Made by a program: the position numbers and the translations under genes
Part shown: piece after piece, positions 27,160 through 39,990 of the stretch
Layout: each line of letters opens with the position of its first letter
Numbering within the stretch: position 1 is the stretch's first letter
Notes under the pieces: model-generated
Database searches by the model: none
What the model was told of the DNA's origin: nothing
The model's input: the letters and a program-made list of their open reading frames with translations, nothing else
NCBI RefSeq assembly: GCF_009834535.1
Contig: NC_045697.1
Coordinates: 90,088,001-90,152,000 of the forward strand
Direction of reading: 5' to 3'
DNA: 64,000 bases
Source: Camelus ferus
Taxonomy: Eukaryota

Positions 27160-27400
27160 CAGAAGAGAACAGTGGGTAAGAACACAGACTCCAGAGCCAG
27201 CCTGCTGAGGTCCAAATTCTATAACTGCAGGCAAGTTATTTAACACTCAGTTTCCTTTTCTATAAAATGATGATGATAACAATACTACTTAGTTTATAGG
27301 GTTATTGTGAGGATTAAGTAAGAGCATACATGCTTAAAATCTTAGACTGGTGCTGGACACAAGGCAAGCTCTATTTGCTATTGTAAGCATTATTATTATC
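27160..27400 (+). mobile_element. Near full-length MIR SINE
   Basis: cagtgggtaagaacacagactccagagccag...ggcaagttatttaacactcagtttcc...tagggttattgtgaggattaagt. Confidence 0.9.
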
Positions 27401-27734
27401 AATAATATATTCCAGCAAAAAAAAAATGTAAGTAGATATCAAGCCTCTGAGTTAAAAATTATTTTAATGGAGAAAAAATTATTTTAACTGAAAGGCATTG
27501 ATTGACCATGCTATGATCAATGGTACCACTACCGAAAAGTCAAATAATCAAAAGCAGGTCATGCATAATCTTTAAGGGAGGGTGCCATGAGTTTTAAAGT
27601 TAGAAGAAAAACAATCATGGATAGATAAATCTCAAATTTACTCTTCCTAGTTCATGATTCTTAAATTGCAGCTAGTCCATCTAACAATCACATATTATAT
27701 ACCCGTTATTATACAGAGAGCAATGAGGTATAAT

Positions 27735-28030
27735 AACATGGGCACTTTCCTCAATACATTTTGGTGAGAGAAAAATCTATCCCTAGAAGGAACTGGTAAT
27801 TAAGTGATAGACATGAACTCAAAATGGGAATTCTGTAAAAAGAATAACCAATCTAGAAGGAAAGACTAAGAATAACAAAACAGGCCTTGAGCTAAGCTTT
27901 GGAAGGTAGAAAAAGTTGAAGTAAGAAAGGATGAGAAGCAGGCCTCCCAGGTAGAGAGGAAAACGTGGGCAGTCAGCAAGCATGCACAGATATGTTCTTA
28001 CTGGCTGGGAATGAGTGACAAGGTCAAAAG
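27735..28030 (-). mobile_element. L2 fragment
   Basis: ggccttgagctaagctttggaagg...cccaggtagagaggaaaacgtgggcag resembles the reverse L2 body. Confidence 0.55.
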
Positions 28031-29829
28031 TGACATTGAGGGGACCGGTGGCCCTATGATTGAGGTTAGTTTTATGTTCCTCCTTGTTTCTCTTCAAAAT
28101 GGAAATGTGTTTTCACTTTATGTGAAAGGGAGAGAGATGCTTTGATAGATGACACTCTCACAGAGATGTCAAGGCTTCATGAAACAACCCTGAATACCAT
28201 CCAGTTCTCTTGATATCTCGTACCCTGGTTTCTTTTCTTCCTTCATGTTAAATTACTATAGACATTTGCATGAAAAGGGGATCTTTGTTCCTGAGAGTTC
28301 ATCTGCTCCAGTAACCATTTACTCCTCATTTCATTGTCACTCATCTTCTCAGCAAAGAGAGGGTGACGACTCAAAGTACAGACTAGCAGCCTGAGCAGAC
28401 ATGCTCCCAAGGACCAGAGACTGTTGTCATGTAAATCAGCTCAGAAATAAAAGGGAAGAGAAGTTCAGAGAATAGGTTTTAGAAGCAACTAAATAAAATG
28501 GTTTCCATGGGGGCAACAGGGGCTCTTTAATATTTATCAGTGTCACTGGGTTCTTTCTGCAACAGTAATTCATCATCATAAAGCCTATTTCCACATAGCT
28601 TCTTGGGCATTGTATCCAGTGAGGGTACTCCCCTAAAAAAGGCCACTGCTAATGGCTCTTTTGGTTTCACAATGCTAGATTCATGTTAATGGAGAAGATG
28701 AGCAAAACATAAGAGGATAGAAATAGCACATTTTTCACAAGGAAAACTTAAGTTGAGCTGTGGATCATAATAAGGACCTTCAGAATTTAAAATGGAAATT
28801 TATTATCGCACTAAGCCTATGTGTCATGGATTTATGGGAGACCATCCACGTGTGGATAAAATGGTAAAGAATGAAATTTGACACATTTCACAAAAATTCT
28901 CTTTGCACAACATGAATTTCATTATACTGAAATGTGCAGCAAGGAAACATGTACAACAGACTGTAAGAAAATGTTTACTTATCTGCTTTAAAGGTGTTTA
29001 ATGTGTATGGTTAAAAGAGTCTTTAAAAGTTGCTGTCAGCAGCTACTCATCTGATGGACAGATTCCTTAGCAAACGCTAAAGGAATGAGTAACCCTGGAA
29101 GCCGTGCATGCATGCATGCTGCAGCAGTTTTAAGTGAGCCCTGGGTAAATTTCACCCAATGAACTCCTTCTAATGGTAAACAACTTCACCATTGTTTAAA
29201 AGAACCACTAAAGGAACCTAAAAGCTATTGAGGGGACAAGGGAAGCTGAGAGGACAAGGGTGGACGCTTGGAAGTTATATCACCCTTTCCTTCAAAAACC
29301 AGCTCAACTTCTCCCTGAGTCAAAGAATCCAGACAAGATGGAAAACAAAGGCCATTATCTTACCTTTAGAGTCACTGAGAGAGCAACAAGAGGAAATCAA
29401 AGGCCAAGAGAAGTTTTGTTTGCTATTGTTTTGGTCCCTACCCTCCATCCCCGTCACCACTCACCATTGCTTGCCTTGCCCAGTGTCAGATGTACACATT
29501 AGGGAGACGTAGCTTGAAACAGGTGTGCACCAACCAGCTACCTCCTAGAGTCATCTTAAAGTCAAAGGATCGCAAAATCCTTGGAGATCCCTTAAGGGAC
29601 TCTCTCTCGGCTACTGTAAATTTATGCTGAGAGAACCCCATGACTAGAGAATGGTAATTTTAAAAAAGTAGAGCAATGCCAGATTCATCTGGAACCTAGA
29701 ATAATTTGTTCCTGAATCATCTTGCTTTATATAGGGTCTTCCATCATTGGCTTAGATCTCATAATCAAAAAACAATCACACATTCTTGTCTCTCAAATCC
29801 GAAAGAACTGAAACTGAATTTATTATCTT

Positions 29830-31190
29830 CTTCCACCAAATCGGTCTCTTTCTCATGTTCTCTTGCTCAAGAATTGTCATCTTCATCTGCCCAGTCACCC
29901 AGACCAGGAACCCTGAGGATATCCCTGAGTGTTCCCTCACATGCAGCTATCAATTTTTGTTCACTCTATTGCTTTAGAATCTCTTTTATAATCACCCCCG
30001 ACTGCTTCTGCCCTAGTTAAGAACTTTATTTCTCATCTATACCACTGAGGTAACCCAGTAACTTTTCTTTTAACCCCTAGACTTATTCCTATCCAATAAA
30101 TCCTCCACGCTGCTATCAAAGTATTCATTAGAAAATACCCATAGTCACCCCTCCCCACCTATAGTATAAAATGCAAAATCATCCCGATTTGGTCCTCCTA
30201 TGACAGTCCATGCTCACATCCTACCCTCTCACCTGGCTCCTCTGTGCCAGCCATGTTAAACTACTGTTTGTTCCCTGAACTTGGCTTGTTCTCTCCTGCC
30301 TCCCTGTACTTCACAAGTGGTCCTCTGTCCTCCCATTGGCCCACCCAATGTGCCCTTCAGGTCTCAGGTGAAGCACGTTCTCCTCTACGACGTCTTTCCT
30401 GATGCAGAGTCAGGACCCTCTCCTTCATCATTTCATCATACCCTTCTGTTCAGCACTTCACGCTGCTAAAAACAGAAACTCACTTGGGCTGCAAATAAAT
30501 GGGCATCTGTTGTAAGACAGGAGTATAAACAAGGAAGAGAGGTCTCAGAGGAATGCCAGAACCCCCACACACCCAGGCCTCAGGAAGAATGTTCAGTGAA
30601 CCAAGAGTTCAGAAAGAGAACAGCATGGAGGACCCAGGGCAGTTCTCAAGACTTGCATCAGAAGCAAGAATATGTTAAGCCCTTGGCTCATGCCCTGTCA
30701 TTATTATACCAGAGTCTTCCAACTTCTGTTCCCATTATCGACTGCATGACTTTTTCTATATACTGAGTTCAAACCATTTGGAAGAGAAGATTGTACCAAT
30801 GCAATGAGGGACCATGATCTCTACTGAAGCATTCTTTCCTACCCTTTTCCCCACAGGGCACTGACTGTGCTGTGTGGGGCTGGGTTGAGTCAGCTGTGGC
30901 CAGAGTAGCAAGCCCATTGGGCAGAAGCATGGTAATCCATGATGAAGGAATCGCATAAAGGGGCTATGGGTGGCAGCATTCTGAAACTTGGAATGTCCAG
31001 TACTTCTTGTATATAACGTAAAAGAAACTTCTCATACTGCCCTGCACTTGCTTGCCTGGTTGTACAATTATCTTCCAAAAAACTGTGAACTCCTTGTGAA
31101 AACCTTTACACCCTGAGCTCCAGATCGTCTTTAAGTTTCCACTTTAGGAATATAGCAAGTACACAATAAATATTTGCTAATAAATGAATC
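29830..31190 (+). mobile_element. L2 fragment split by an MLT1-like LTR (L2 parts ~29830-30460 and ~31030-31190)
   Basis: ccagtcacccagaccaggaaccctgagg, cccttcaggtctcaggtgaagcac, and the terminal aactgtgaactccttg...caataaatatttgctaataaatgaat. Confidence 0.75.
30465..31010 (-). mobile_element. Ancient MLT1-type MaLR LTR (subfamily uncertain)
   Basis: aacagaaactcacttgggct at one end and cagctgtggccagag...agaagcatgg near the other; interrupts the L2. Confidence 0.5.
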
Positions 31191-31599
31191 AATTAAGGAT
31201 GCACATGCAAAAGTTCATTATTATTAAAATTGTTCTAAGTATCTTATTTTTACACCCCATTTAGCTGAAGCACATTATCCAAATCTGCATTGTAAGTCTC
31301 CTGGAAAACCACTGAGTGAAAACAACCTCAAAGCACACAAAGAACTCACACCAAAAACAGCAGTTCTGGTGTGCCTAGAAAACCACGGACGTATAGAACA
31401 TCCAGACTGGAAGTGCTCTGAGAACCATGGTCTTGATCCTCCATCCATCAGGACACACAACCCGGTACTATTTACGTGAGTAGCACACTGCTCCAAAGGT
31501 AAAGGGGACCACAAGCTATGTTCAGTTTTACGCAAAATTCAAGTCCACTTCTTTGTTTCCCATAGATCCATTTCTCAGTTGAGACACTTGATAATATGT

Positions 31600-31715
31600 T
31601 GAGATTAGGAAACCTGAGGCTTTAGAAGATATGTTGGTTGTTCAAGGTCACACAGCTCCTTAATGGCAAAGCCAGATTCCAGGCTTCCTCATCAGTCCGA
31701 TGTTCTTTTCTGGTT
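31600..31715 (-). mobile_element. MIR fragment
   Basis: agattaggaaacctgaggctttagaag...ttcaaggtcacacagctccttaatggcaaagccag. Confidence 0.75.
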
Positions 31716-33145
31716 CTCTGTTTAGCATAACTCAGTCCCAAAGGCCCAAAATAAGTTTTAACCTAATACTTTCATCTAAATGTTTGCTTTAACCATTTGC
31801 CACCAGAGGCAAGACAAACCTGTCTACATAATAGAGAACTCAGCAAATTGTATTTAAGGGAAAACACGCATTTGCAAATAATGTAGAGGCAAGGCTAAGA
31901 GCAGGGACCCAGGAAAAACTACAATTCTAAGAAATTCTTCTGTAATTCAGTGAGTTGATCATTCAATGAATTGACTTTTGGCATACTGACCTATAACCAG
32001 TGCCTAAACATACATGTAAGCCATTAAATTCTCTGTTCACATAAAATTGTGCATGATATAAAGTACAATAATTATTCTTTCTCAACTTAGTTATGTTTGA
32101 TTATTTTACAATTTAAAAAATACCAGATACCCAATTAATTTAAGCCCATTGTTTTCCAGGCTTTTAAGTTACAAATCAGCAAATTTCTGCTATACATACA
32201 CTTATCATACCTGTGGTAATTGAGAGCAGAACCTAGCGGCTTACTAACAGCAAGCACATGAAGGGGAATATGAAATGTTGATTGCACTCATGGATCAAAA
32301 CAAGAACCTGTGGCCTGTGAAGTGTTTGGAATTTAAACTAAGAGCTGATGAAGATCAACATCAAAAGAAAATTTAACTTAATTACTATGGATTATATGTT
32401 AGCAGAACCCAGAGTAAGAGAACAAGAAAAAACTAAGAAATAAAAATGATCAAAACATTGGCCTACACTCCAATAAAAATGCATACTGCATTTTTTCACT
32501 CACTTATCTTACAGTTACTACTTTCTTAAATCACCAAGCTAAAAGCCAAATTTATACTACTTTTTTACTAGATGAGTACATGTGAAATATAAATATACAT
32601 TAATGCAAAGAAAATCATTAAATCAAGAAAAAGGAAAGAAAGAAGGTAAACCCAGCTTTTCTTTCATTCACTCTTACTTACCACTTTTTGGGAAATCCAG
32701 TTCCATCCAAATCTCCTGTGTTTCTCCAGGACAGTACCTGCAACAGAGAGCAGAGGACTCAGTAAACAACCTGGGCATTCTGACTATTTCTGCTTCATTC
32801 TTGCACATCAGGTTATCACTCTCCAAACTCTTTGCCTTTTGGTTGTGGCTGTTATCTTCCTTCTTTTCTAGAAAAGTCATTTCTAAGAACCAGCTCCTGT
32901 TTTTCTGCTTTCCAACCTACTGACTTATTTAGGTCTCATGAGAATCCAGAGGAACTCCTTCACCCCAGGAAACACTAGGACACTAGGCCTCATCCACACT
33001 CCTCCCCAGGCTGATGACGGTATTTTCTTGAATTTATCCTAAGACTGTCACACACCTTCCAAACCGTGCATCTGACTTTCCAGAGGGAACCACTTACCCT
33101 CTGCCTTCCAAGAGGAAATGATCCACAAAGCATGCCTATTGGTAC

Positions 33146-33306
33146 TAGGGTTTCCAGATAAAATACAGGTATCCATTTATCTGAACTGCAGATAAGCAGT
33201 GAATACTTTTTAATACAGGTATGTTCCATGCAATATTTGGAAATTTTCTGCAATTCACATTTAACTGGGAAACCTGTATGTTTATTTGGTAAATCTCATC
33301 ATCATA
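33146..33306. mobile_element. MER53 palindromic hAT MITE, internally deleted
   Basis: tagggtttccagataaaatacagg...ttttaatacaggtatgttccatgcaatatttgg...aattcacatttaactggg...cctgtatgtttatttggtaaatct. Confidence 0.85.
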
Positions 33307-34022
33307 ACAATCGTAATCGTAGCCCTCCCTCCTTTTGAAGGATCCTATTTCATTTTCTCTTCTAGGTTTTTTTTCACCCTTGAGTAACAGTTCATCCCTA
33401 GGCTCTGTAATTATTTTATATTTCTTTTGAGGGATTTCCTACACCAGATACAAATGTGTATGTGTGAGTACACATGTGCATGTATATGTAGTCAGGAAAA
33501 GGTTGACACTGATAACCACAATAACATAGGGCTAAAGTATAAGGCTACTGCCAAGCCTCCCTCAAGGACTTGCTGATAATTTTTCATGTCATCCAACAGA
33601 AATTTGCCCAAAACAGTCCTTTATTCTCTAATTTATGTGAACACAGCTCTTAAGAAGATGGTTCTGGGGAGAAGACCTTTGTTGGTAAGGCTTACTGTGC
33701 AAAGTGAATTGGTAGTCAGATTCAAACATAAGTTGTCAACCAGTAGATAAAAATTGCCCAGATTTAGACTTGGCATAGTAAAGTCTCAGTCCCATAGTAA
33801 AATACTCTGCTGTAAACATCTCACCTGTCTAAAACTGTACACATTTTGTCAGTACTCTAAGTGCGGGAAAGAAGAGAAGCCAATAATTTCTGTCTCTCTC
33901 AATCATCTTTATTTTCCCTTATGCTTTCTATTTGCATTGAAGCTAAAGAATAGGGAAGAGCCAGAAAGAAAATGCTATGTCATGTACATACATACACACT
34001 TTTCAACTTTTAAGAAAAAAAA

Positions 34023-34025
<3 letters not shown>

Positions 34026-34053
<28 letters not shown>
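34026..34053. repeat. (TA)n microsatellite
   Basis: About 14 perfect AT units. Confidence 0.95.
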
Positions 34054-34056
<3 letters not shown>

Positions 34057-35775
34057 AAAGTACACATTGAAATGCCAGTTCATCCAAAATAATCAGGAAA
34101 TCATGGATTCTCTTGGCGAATGTATGGACGAGAATTATTTCCTCAAAAACCAATTCTATTTCTCATTTATCCTGATGACATACCCAGAATGCCAGAAGCC
34201 AAAGTGGCCTAGAAATGATGCCTGCTTTTCCTTTCTTCTAAAGACCCAAGACACTCCAAGGTTGATGACTCCTGCGATGGGAGCTGCTTCCGTTCTAGGT
34301 TGCCTATGGCCAGACTGTAGGGAAGTTATTCAGGAAAAGAAGGAAAAGTGACTTTCTTTCCTATTTTCTCCTAAAGAGGACAAAAATACCTAAGCACCTA
34401 ATGTGTAGAGGACACATCTGCAGTATGTCCCAGAGAGTGATGTTCTTTAAGGCTCTGAGATGTGCATTTTATAAGATTTAATCTAATTCTTACGTGAGTA
34501 GTGACTTAAGAGAACATATGCAGAGATAATAAATATCAGGCCTCAAACTGAAGCATCTGAGAAATAATCAATACTTTTATAAGCAACTTAATTTTCATTC
34601 AAGCTGTCATCTCCATGAGTCTGTGGGAAATTTATGGCCCGTGCCAAAATTTAGAAGTGCTACAGACAGCACCAAGGGGTTGGGAAGCCATGGTTAACTA
34701 TCGTTAACCATTAAGCAAATTAGTGGGTCTGCTGCACACAAATTATCACCGAGATATCTAGTGACCCTCTCAGCTGGCCTCTTCATATCCAACAACCCTC
34801 TGATGATTTCTATCAGGTTTGGAAAACTTTCGCAAGGTTGCCTACACTCCTGCCAACCTAGATGCCCCTCGAAGCCTCTGCTCCCTAAGATCTAGCCAAT
34901 ATGCTGCCAAAAATCTGGGCAGGTCCACTGTGTTCTCGGGGCCATAAACCTCCTCCTTTCTCCTTCTCTAAAGAAATACAAATGGTATAGAAGAGGGAAT
35001 TCCTTCCCATCTCCTGATTCTTTAAGATAATTATTTCATAGCCAGTAATTACCATGCATTAAGCCCTTAAGACTTGCAGATTATTTCCATTGTTTGTTCT
35101 ACCACAGGCTTCCCTGAGGTTAGGCATTACACAACCACTATCCACAGGCGGGAGGAGGTCATGGGATGAAGGGGAACAATGCAGAGAGGAAAAAAACTCA
35201 GGTATTTTGATATCTCAAAATACCATAGAACCAGATATCTAAGTGTAAGCTCAACTAGGAATTTCTAGCTTTAAAAGAGAGAAAAACTAGCCATGATTGT
35301 TCTAAAATCAAAGCTCTGGTTTCCATGTCTTTTTAAAATGTTTGACCTCAAAACACTTCACTGCAGAGAATATTTTTGAAGAGTCAGTGGCTGACCAAAA
35401 GATAATTTTCAGGAATACACAAAAATTGGATGTCCATGTTGGTTTCATAAGGTGATGATATCAACATGTAAAAGATAAATATATCAAAATACAGTGTGAC
35501 ATAATCCACCAACATTAAATGCAGAACTGGCATCTTTTTTTCTATTAAGGATGGAAATAGTAGTCAATATGAAAGGAGCATATCACTCTTTACATTCTGG
35601 CAGATTTACAAACCAATAAACATCATACCAAAGCTCTTTTTAGCACACACACACACTGGTGAATTTTTATTCCAAGAGAGATCTCTTTTGGTTCTAATAT
35701 AAAAATTGCCCAAGCAAATCAAGTTGGGCAGGATGAAGCTGCAGATTTTTGAAGTGTGAGGTGTTTTACACTTAC

Positions 35776-36017
35776 ATGAAAATAGAGAAGTGGACCCTAC
35801 TTGATGAGGAGCTTTAGTTTGGCTTCCCACCATAGAATAGTCTTCCAAAGAGCAGTTCCAGGGAATGCATTTGCAACGGGAAGAATGTGACTGAGTAGGA
35901 CTGGGTAGTCTTGTTCTGGATGTGCAAGTGGTCAGCAGGGACACAGAAGGCTTCCAGCTGGCCCCGATGGATGACCTGGTGTAATATACCAATCCAATGA
36001 CCAGATTCTACGACCAC
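35776..36017 (-). other. Candidate spliced exon (242 nt, probably non-coding or UTR)
   Basis: Acceptor gttccattctctag|G and donor CAT|gtaagt around unique, GC-richer sequence; all three frames contain a stop. Confidence 0.3.
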
Positions 36018-36939
36018 CTAGAGAATGGAACATTTCAAAGGCAAACTCCCTGGACATGTTTGCTGAAAATATGAATGGCTTGTTATTGCCTAAGCTTCAG
36101 ACATGCCAGATACAAAATGATGAGATTAAATTCCACATGAGAAGAGAAAAAAGAAAACTGAAAAAGAAGAAACTCAAAAGAATGAAGAATGGGAAAAAAA
36201 AATAAAAGAGATTTTACAAACCTCAATTAGGTTGAAGAGTGAGCCTGAAAGATGTAGGGAAGAGCTATTTAGCAAGAACTATTTAAATCCCAACTAGGGC
36301 ATGAGCTTAGAGGTCTGTGGTAAAGAACAATGCAGCAGAATGCTCAAAATGACCTCATGGGCCTCTCGGATTACTCCATGATGCAAAAGTCATGTGTGTC
36401 TGGTGTGTGTCCACCGAGGCTGGAGCACGTGTGATGGGACAACCTGGCATGGCACTGCCTGGTGCAACGTGTGAGGAAGGCAGAGCATGTTTGAAGATAA
36501 TGAACTCCTATTTTTAAAATGTGAGACTTACTGTGACTCTTAATCCTCCTTTGGAAGTCTGCTTCTTTATTTCTTTATTCGTACCAGCATGTTTAAGTTT
36601 TGGTATATTTTAGAAAAATGACATTATTCCAAGGAAATAAAGAGAGAGACAGAAAAGACTGAGTCACAAGAGTTTCTGTTTGTTTGCTGAAGCATCTGGA
36701 GAGGAGAACAGGAACACAGTGATTCACATAGGCAATTACCTGATTACCATAAAAGAGGAGTTTCCCCCAAAATATTGTCAAGATGCCTTTTGTACTCAAT
36801 GTGTCCATAAGAAAATATGACATTTCCTTAGTGGCCTGCAGATTAAGTCATACTCTCCTTGGTCACAGGAAAGTAGGACCAAGTAGGTGCTGTCCCCTGC
36901 CTTTCTGTGTAACCCCCTTTATACCTAGAGCAGCACTCC

Positions 36940-38450
36940 AACCACTCCTCCCGTATCCAGTTGTATCTCTCTCCAAACTTTTCTTCACATTGCAACCAGA
37001 GTGCTCTTTCAAAAATGCAAACCTAATAAACACTAAAAACATAATCATGAAAGAAAAAATTGATAAGATAGACTTAATTAAAATTTAAAACTTCTGTTCT
37101 GCAAAAGACACTGCCAAAAAGAAAAAAGAAGAAAAGAAAAGAAAACAAGACACAGACTGGGAGAAAATATTTTGCAGAAGACACATCTTATAAAAGACTC
37201 TTATCCCAAATAACTCATAAAAATTCAAAAGAAACTCTTAAAATTCAACAATAATGAAACAAAGAACCTGGCTTAAATATGGGCCAAAAACCTGAACAGA
37301 CACCTCACCAAAGAAGATATACAGATAGCAGATAAGCATATAAAAAGGTGCTCCGCATCACCTGTCATCAGGGAAACGCAAATTAAAACAACAATGAGAT
37401 ACCACCACACAACTAAGAGAATGATCAAAATCCAAAACACTAACACCAGATGCTGGGGAAGACAGGAGGCAATAGGAACTCTCACTCACTGCTGGTGGGA
37501 ATGAAAAACAGTACAAATACTTTGGAAATTAGTTTGGCAGTGTCTTATAAAACTAAACATACACTTAATATATAATCCAGCTCCCTGGTATTTATTCAAA
37601 GGAGTTGAAAACATATTCACTCAAAAACCTACCCATGGATGTTCATAGCAGCTTTATTCATAACTGTCAAAATTTGGAGGCAGTCAAGATGTCCTTCAGT
37701 AGGTGAATGGATAAACTGTGGTACATCCAGATGAGGGAATATTTTTCAGCGTTAAAAAGAAATAAGCTATCAAGCCACGAAAAAACACGGAGATATTTTA
37801 AATGTACATTACTGAGTGGAAGAGGCCAATCTGAAAAGGCTGCATATTGTATGATTACAACTATATGACATTCTGGAAAAGGCAAAACTATAGAGACAGT
37901 AAAAATATCAGTGGTCGTCAGGGGGTGGGGATGGGGGGAAAAGAACACGAAGAACTTAGAGAATTTTAGGGTAGTGAAAATACTCTGTATGATACTATAA
38001 TGATGGATACATGTCATTATACATTTGCCCAAACCCACAGAGCACACAACATCAAGAGTGAATCTTAATGTAAACTATGGACTTAGGGTGATTATAATGT
38101 GTCAGTGTAGGTTCACCAATTACAACAAACGTACTACTCTGGTAGGGGATGTTGAGAATAGGGGAGGCTATGCACGTGTGGGTCAGTGCATACATGGGAA
38201 ATCCCTGTAACTTCTGCTGAATTTTGCTAAAGCTTCTCTAAAAGAATAACGCTTTAACAACAACCACAGCAACAAAATGAAAGCCTAATCAGACACCCAC
38301 TGCTAACTTAAGAAAATGCCCTTTCCATGACTCTTGGTATGAAATCCATCATAGAAAACATGACTCATGCCTAAGACTTACCTCCTCAGCCTCACACTGC
38401 CCTTTTCTGCTCATTGTGCCTCCAACTCACCTTTTTGTCCCTTAGATTTC
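36940..38450 (+). mobile_element. L2 fragment split by the L1MC insertion (parts ~36940-37027 and ~38274-38450)
   Basis: ttcttcacattgcaaccagagtgctctttcaaaaatgcaaacctaat resumes after the L1 as aaaatgaaagcctaatcagacacccactgctaactta. Confidence 0.7.
37028..38273 (+). mobile_element. L1MC1/L1MC2-like 5'-truncated L1 with degenerate 16-bp TSD
   Basis: ORF2 C-terminal remnant and diagnostic 3' UTR (ggatacatgtcattatacatttgcccaaacccacagagcacacaacatcaagagtgaatcttaatgtaaactatggactt); TSD aaaatgcaaacctaat (37012-37027) and aaaatgaaagcctaat (38274-38289). Confidence 0.9.
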
Positions 38451-38620
38451 ATCATAAATTTAAATACGTAATTGTCCAAGAATGTATTATTTTAAAATAT
38501 GTGTTTATCACTAGTCTTGATATCCATGACAATAAAGATTACATATTCCTATATATTAAGCTACTTGGAAGCAGAACAAAAATTTGATCCTAGGCTTCTT
38601 GCCTTCAACACCATTGCACT

Positions 38621-39524
38621 TTTTTTTCTAATTGAATTACAGTCAGTTTACAATTTTGTGTTAATTTTCTGGTGTACAGCACAATAATTCAGTTGTGTAT
38701 GTGTGTGTGTATGTGTGTGTATCACATAAGTCTATTTTTAGTTTTTTAAGGAATCTCCATACTGTTTTCCATATTAGCTGCACCAATTTACATTCCCACC
38801 AACAGTGTAGGAGGGTTCTCTTTTCTTTACATCCTCTCTAGCATTTATTTTTTGTGGACTTTTTAATGATGGCTGTTCTGACTGGTGTGAGGTGATACTT
38901 CACTGTAGTTTTGATTTTCATTTCTCAGATAATTAAGGATATTGAGCATTTTTTCATGTGCCTATTGGCCATTTGTATGGCATCACTGGAGAAATATCTG
39001 CTTAGGTCTTCTGCCCATTTTTGGATTGGGTTGTTTGTTTATTTGTTATTAAGTTGTACGAGCTGTTTTATGTTCTGGAAATTAAGCCCTTGTCATTCTC
39101 ATCATTTGCAAATATTTTCTCCCATTCTGTAGGTTGTCTTTCATTTTGTTTATAGTTTCTTTTGTTGTGCAAAAGCTTATCAGTTTAATTAGGTCCCATT
39201 TATTTATTTTTGCTTTTATTTCTATTGCTTTGATAGACTGCCCCAGGAGAACATTGCTAAGACTTACATCAGAGAATGTTTTGCCTATGTTTTCTTCTAG
39301 GAGGTTTATAGTGTCTTGCCTTTTTTTTAATTTTGTTTTTTATTGAAGTGCAGTTGATTTACAATGTTAGTTTCAAGTGTACAGCAAAGTGATTCAGTTA
39401 TACATATACATACATATACACTTTTTCAGCTTCTTTTCCATTATATGTTAGTACAAGAAATTAAATATAGTGCCTGTTTTATATTTAAGTCTTTAAGCCA
39501 TTTTGAGCTTATTTTTGTGGATGG
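38621..39524 (-). mobile_element. Young cetartiodactyl-type L1, 5'-truncated and internally deleted, with 19-bp TSD
   Basis: Poly(T) plus reverse 3' end, then ORF2 C-terminal region (tttacattcccaccaacagtgtaggaggg...); TSD tcaacaccattgcactttt (38605-38623) and tcaacaccactgcactttt (39525-39543). Confidence 0.92.
39321..39470 (-). mobile_element. Second L1 3' end nested inside the preceding L1
   Basis: New T-rich tail plus tattgaagtgcagttgatttacaatgttagtttcaagtgtacagcaaagtgattcagttatacatata; the host L1 resumes at ttatatttaagtctttaagccattttgag. Confidence 0.85.
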
Positions 39525-39789
39525 TCAACACCACTGCACTTTTCACTCCACCCCACCTCCTCAAGGTCCTCTGTTTCAATTCTGAAACCTTACGTGACTC
39601 TCAAGACATCCTATCCAGATGAATTTCCTAGGTTCCCAGCCATCTGTTCTAGTTACCCTGGTCTGCTCACTTTTTCACAAAGCAGGCTCTTCCCCACCTC
39701 CCTATCAGTGCCCAGGATCTTCCCATATCTTAGAACATTATGGTTTATTCGAGGTTACCTGGACACCTCACTTCACTTCCAAGCCTTCA

Positions 39790-39990
39790 CTGTACTCTTC
39801 TCTGAATTTTTATAGCATATTTGCTTACTTTGACACAGAATTTCACCATAGTTTGCATAAATATTTATTATTTTAACATCTCATCTCTATTGGAAGCTAT
39901 TTAGAGACGGAGTCCAAGAAGTCTCATGCTTCTGTACACCCTATAGCTCCCAGCACAGAGCTGAGTAGTACATGATTGGCTGATTTCATA
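39790..39990 (+). mobile_element. L2 3' fragment
   Basis: ggaagctatttagagac...tctgtacaccctatagctcccagcacagagctgag. Confidence 0.55.

Noticed and set aside
37273..39585. Several 60-126 aa hydrophobic ORFs
   Set aside because: They are antisense or off-frame translations of L1 fragments
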